Shown here piece after piece: positions 62,062 through 64,000 of a stretch of 64,000 bases of DNA (position 1 is the stretch's first letter; every line of letters starts with the position of its first letter). This DNA is from Fistulifera solaris (taxonomy: Eukaryota): NCBI GenBank assembly GCA_030295235.1, contig AP026133.1, forward strand, positions 186,001-250,000, written 5' to 3'. The notes under the pieces are model-generated. The model saw only the letters and a program-made list of their open reading frames with translations. It was not told the DNA's origin and searched no databases. The position numbers and the translations under genes were made by a program.

Positions 62062-64000
62062 ATGGTACTTTCGGAAATTAACAACGAGGTGGTATGGCCC
62101 GCAGCGTGTCCACATCCGGCGGAACCATGCTTCGTTTCGGTGTTTGTGCGACCCGGTTACTATCATTTTGCGATTCACCGCGAGAAAGACAAAGGTTACA
62201 TGCCCGAAACCAACTGGAGGTAAGATGTGAAAATGAAAAAAAATCGTTCGAAAACATGTATGATTGTTGTGATTGTCATTTTGGAGACGACGACGACGAC
62301 GACGACTCACTTATCACCATTATTTCTCTCGTTCGTTTTATTATTAGAGTTCCTCGGACCAGTATTCCAGAACAACTCGACGAAGAATCGGACGATTCTC
62401 TTTCCAAAATTGGTCAATATTTTCCCCCTTCGACACTGGGATTGTTTTTCCACCATCCATCGATTACGTCCCGACAGTCGCGGAAGTGATTCAGTACATG
62501 ACGCTGAAACAATCGGTCCCCGTTTCCTTGTACGTGGTCGGCGGGAACGAAACCATCAATCGCAATTTGCAACAATTGTTTCAACGATACCCGGTCCGTA
62601 TCTTGTGTTTGCAATCGACCGATTTTGGTAGACCGCTTCATCCGACTGGTTTATTGGGCGTGACGACGACACACGATGTCGCGGTGGCGGCGTTTGGAGC
62701 TTCCCAGTACCCGGCTATGATGGTGGAGTGCAGTGACTGTGTGACGTTTCTCACCGTCCAGGAACCTGGACGGATTACCAGATACTCTATACACGAGGGG
62801 ATCGTGACGACCTTGCAGTTGGCGTTCCCCGATGTGGAAGACGGAATGAAGCTTCTTGATGATTTCCTCCAACGAGACGGTCCACTCGTCGACACGGAAC
62901 CCGTGGATGCTATTGTGAAAAAGGTATTGAAATCATTCTTGCTCGTCGTGGGGACGACGATGGAGACGTTTGTTCAACTGTACGGGCCGAACATTGTGTT
63001 GCACGGACCCCGCGCGGGTCTCCTTCACGCGCTCTTGCAGCAACACACCAAGGTCGAATTGAAATTTGATTTTGTATCCGATGTACAAGTCGATGATCAT
63101 TACATTCATGCAGCAATCGGCAAGATGTTGATGAAATATGATACGCCGGTGGTTCCGGGATCTTGTCGCGAAACGTGTTTGCAATTTGTCGGACAAAGAA
63201 TCGCCCGTATCTTTGAAACGGAAACGGAGCAGGATTCGATATATCGTGGTATTGTCAGTGGTTTCGGTGCAATCCCACCGGACGGTTCGTGGGATGACAC
63301 TTTATTTGAAGTCATTTACGATGACGGAGATCGCGAGGAAATTAATGTGGAGCAGCTCTACGGTAAGCTTCATTTGTGATGTCTTTTTGACCGACAGAAT
63401 GCAGATCTGACCCCATTCCTTGTCTTTAGCGGCGTTGCGTTTGTACCATACAGTCGGAGAGAAACATCAATTCCCTTCTACGAGTGTTGATGCCATTGCC
63501 TCGAAACGGCAAGCTTCGCAAGCAGGTGCCGCTTTCCTTCTAAAATCGAGTGCGACGGTTCAACGGGCAGTCGAGCGTCAACAAGTCGCATCGTCGGATG
63601 TATCCTACGCAACAGAAAGCGAAGAAGAACCAGCGTGTAAGCGCAAAGGTCCGCAGATACAATCGGTGACTCCTGCAAAGCGTCGGTATCCCAGCAAGCA
63701 GGCGGCACAGAAGCAAACGACCCGGAAATTGACAACAAAGCGGTCAACAAGTATGAAAAGTTCAAACCGTAATACGAACCAGCTTCATGCTGATCAAAGT
63801 CCAACGGATTTCATCGGACAGCGAATTACAAAGTCTTTTGACCAAGGTTACTTTGATGGCACCATTATTTCCTACGATGAAGATGCCAAGTATTGGAAGG
63901 TCCAATACGACGATGGTGACAAGGAAGACTTTGATTATGACGAAGTTACAGAATCGATTAGTCTTAATGTCTTTCTGCATTCAGACCAGACACAATCTGT
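62062..64000 (+). CDS. Protein with a degenerate type III pantothenate kinase-like region and two Tudor-like domains; introns 62220-62347 and 63363-63429; runs off the window
   Basis: FVGQRIARIF...YRGIV...FEVIYDDGDREE and FIGQRITKSF...YFDGTI...WKVQYDDGDKED; splicing restores the frame. Confidence 0.7.

Noticed and set aside
41641..64000. CoA-pathway cluster (panE plus the PanK-like gene)
   Set aside because: The genes are 20 kb apart with unrelated genes between, and the PanK-like domain looks inactive
1..64000. tRNA or rRNA genes
   Set aside because: No cloverleaf or rRNA signature recognised; the only tRNA-related sequence is the 14-nt primer site

Overview
Gene-dense eukaryotic nuclear DNA, most likely from a diatom. 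The evidence is short GT-AG introns, ASAFAP-like plastid presequences, a CoDi-like copia element and RXL processing motifs. Single-base homopolymer frameshifts occur even in essential genes (Sec61 alpha, NIP7), so the window looks like an unpolished long-read assembly and most frameshifts should be treated as errors. About 29 host genes are present: a DHH/EF-hand/CBS protein, a V-ATPase c-like subunit, two ABC1 kinases, an H2A-fold protein, two tandem RING-H2 genes, three ankyrin proteins, a saccharopine dehydrogenase-like protein, Fmt, an FAD oxidoreductase, a CCCH protein, Sec61 alpha, PanE, a WD40 protein, NIP7, an MtnA-MtnK fusion, a giant lipase-like protein and a Tudor protein. There is also a complete, very young 7.07 kb Ty1/copia LTR retrotransposon (9737-16809, TSD TACCT). 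The most notable items are: (1) a polyprotein with nine identical His/Glu/Ser/Lys peptides separated by RXL sites, organised like the silacidin and silaffin precursors; (2) a histone H2A apparently fused to a ~500 aa acidic N-terminal extension; (3) a V-ATPase c paralog lacking the proton-carrying Glu; (4) a copia element with an apparent half-tRNA-Asn primer site, TG...TA ends and a chromodomain-like segment; (5) intergenic DNA enriched in unrelated 7-bp tandem duplications. All calls come from reading the sequence; no database searches were run.
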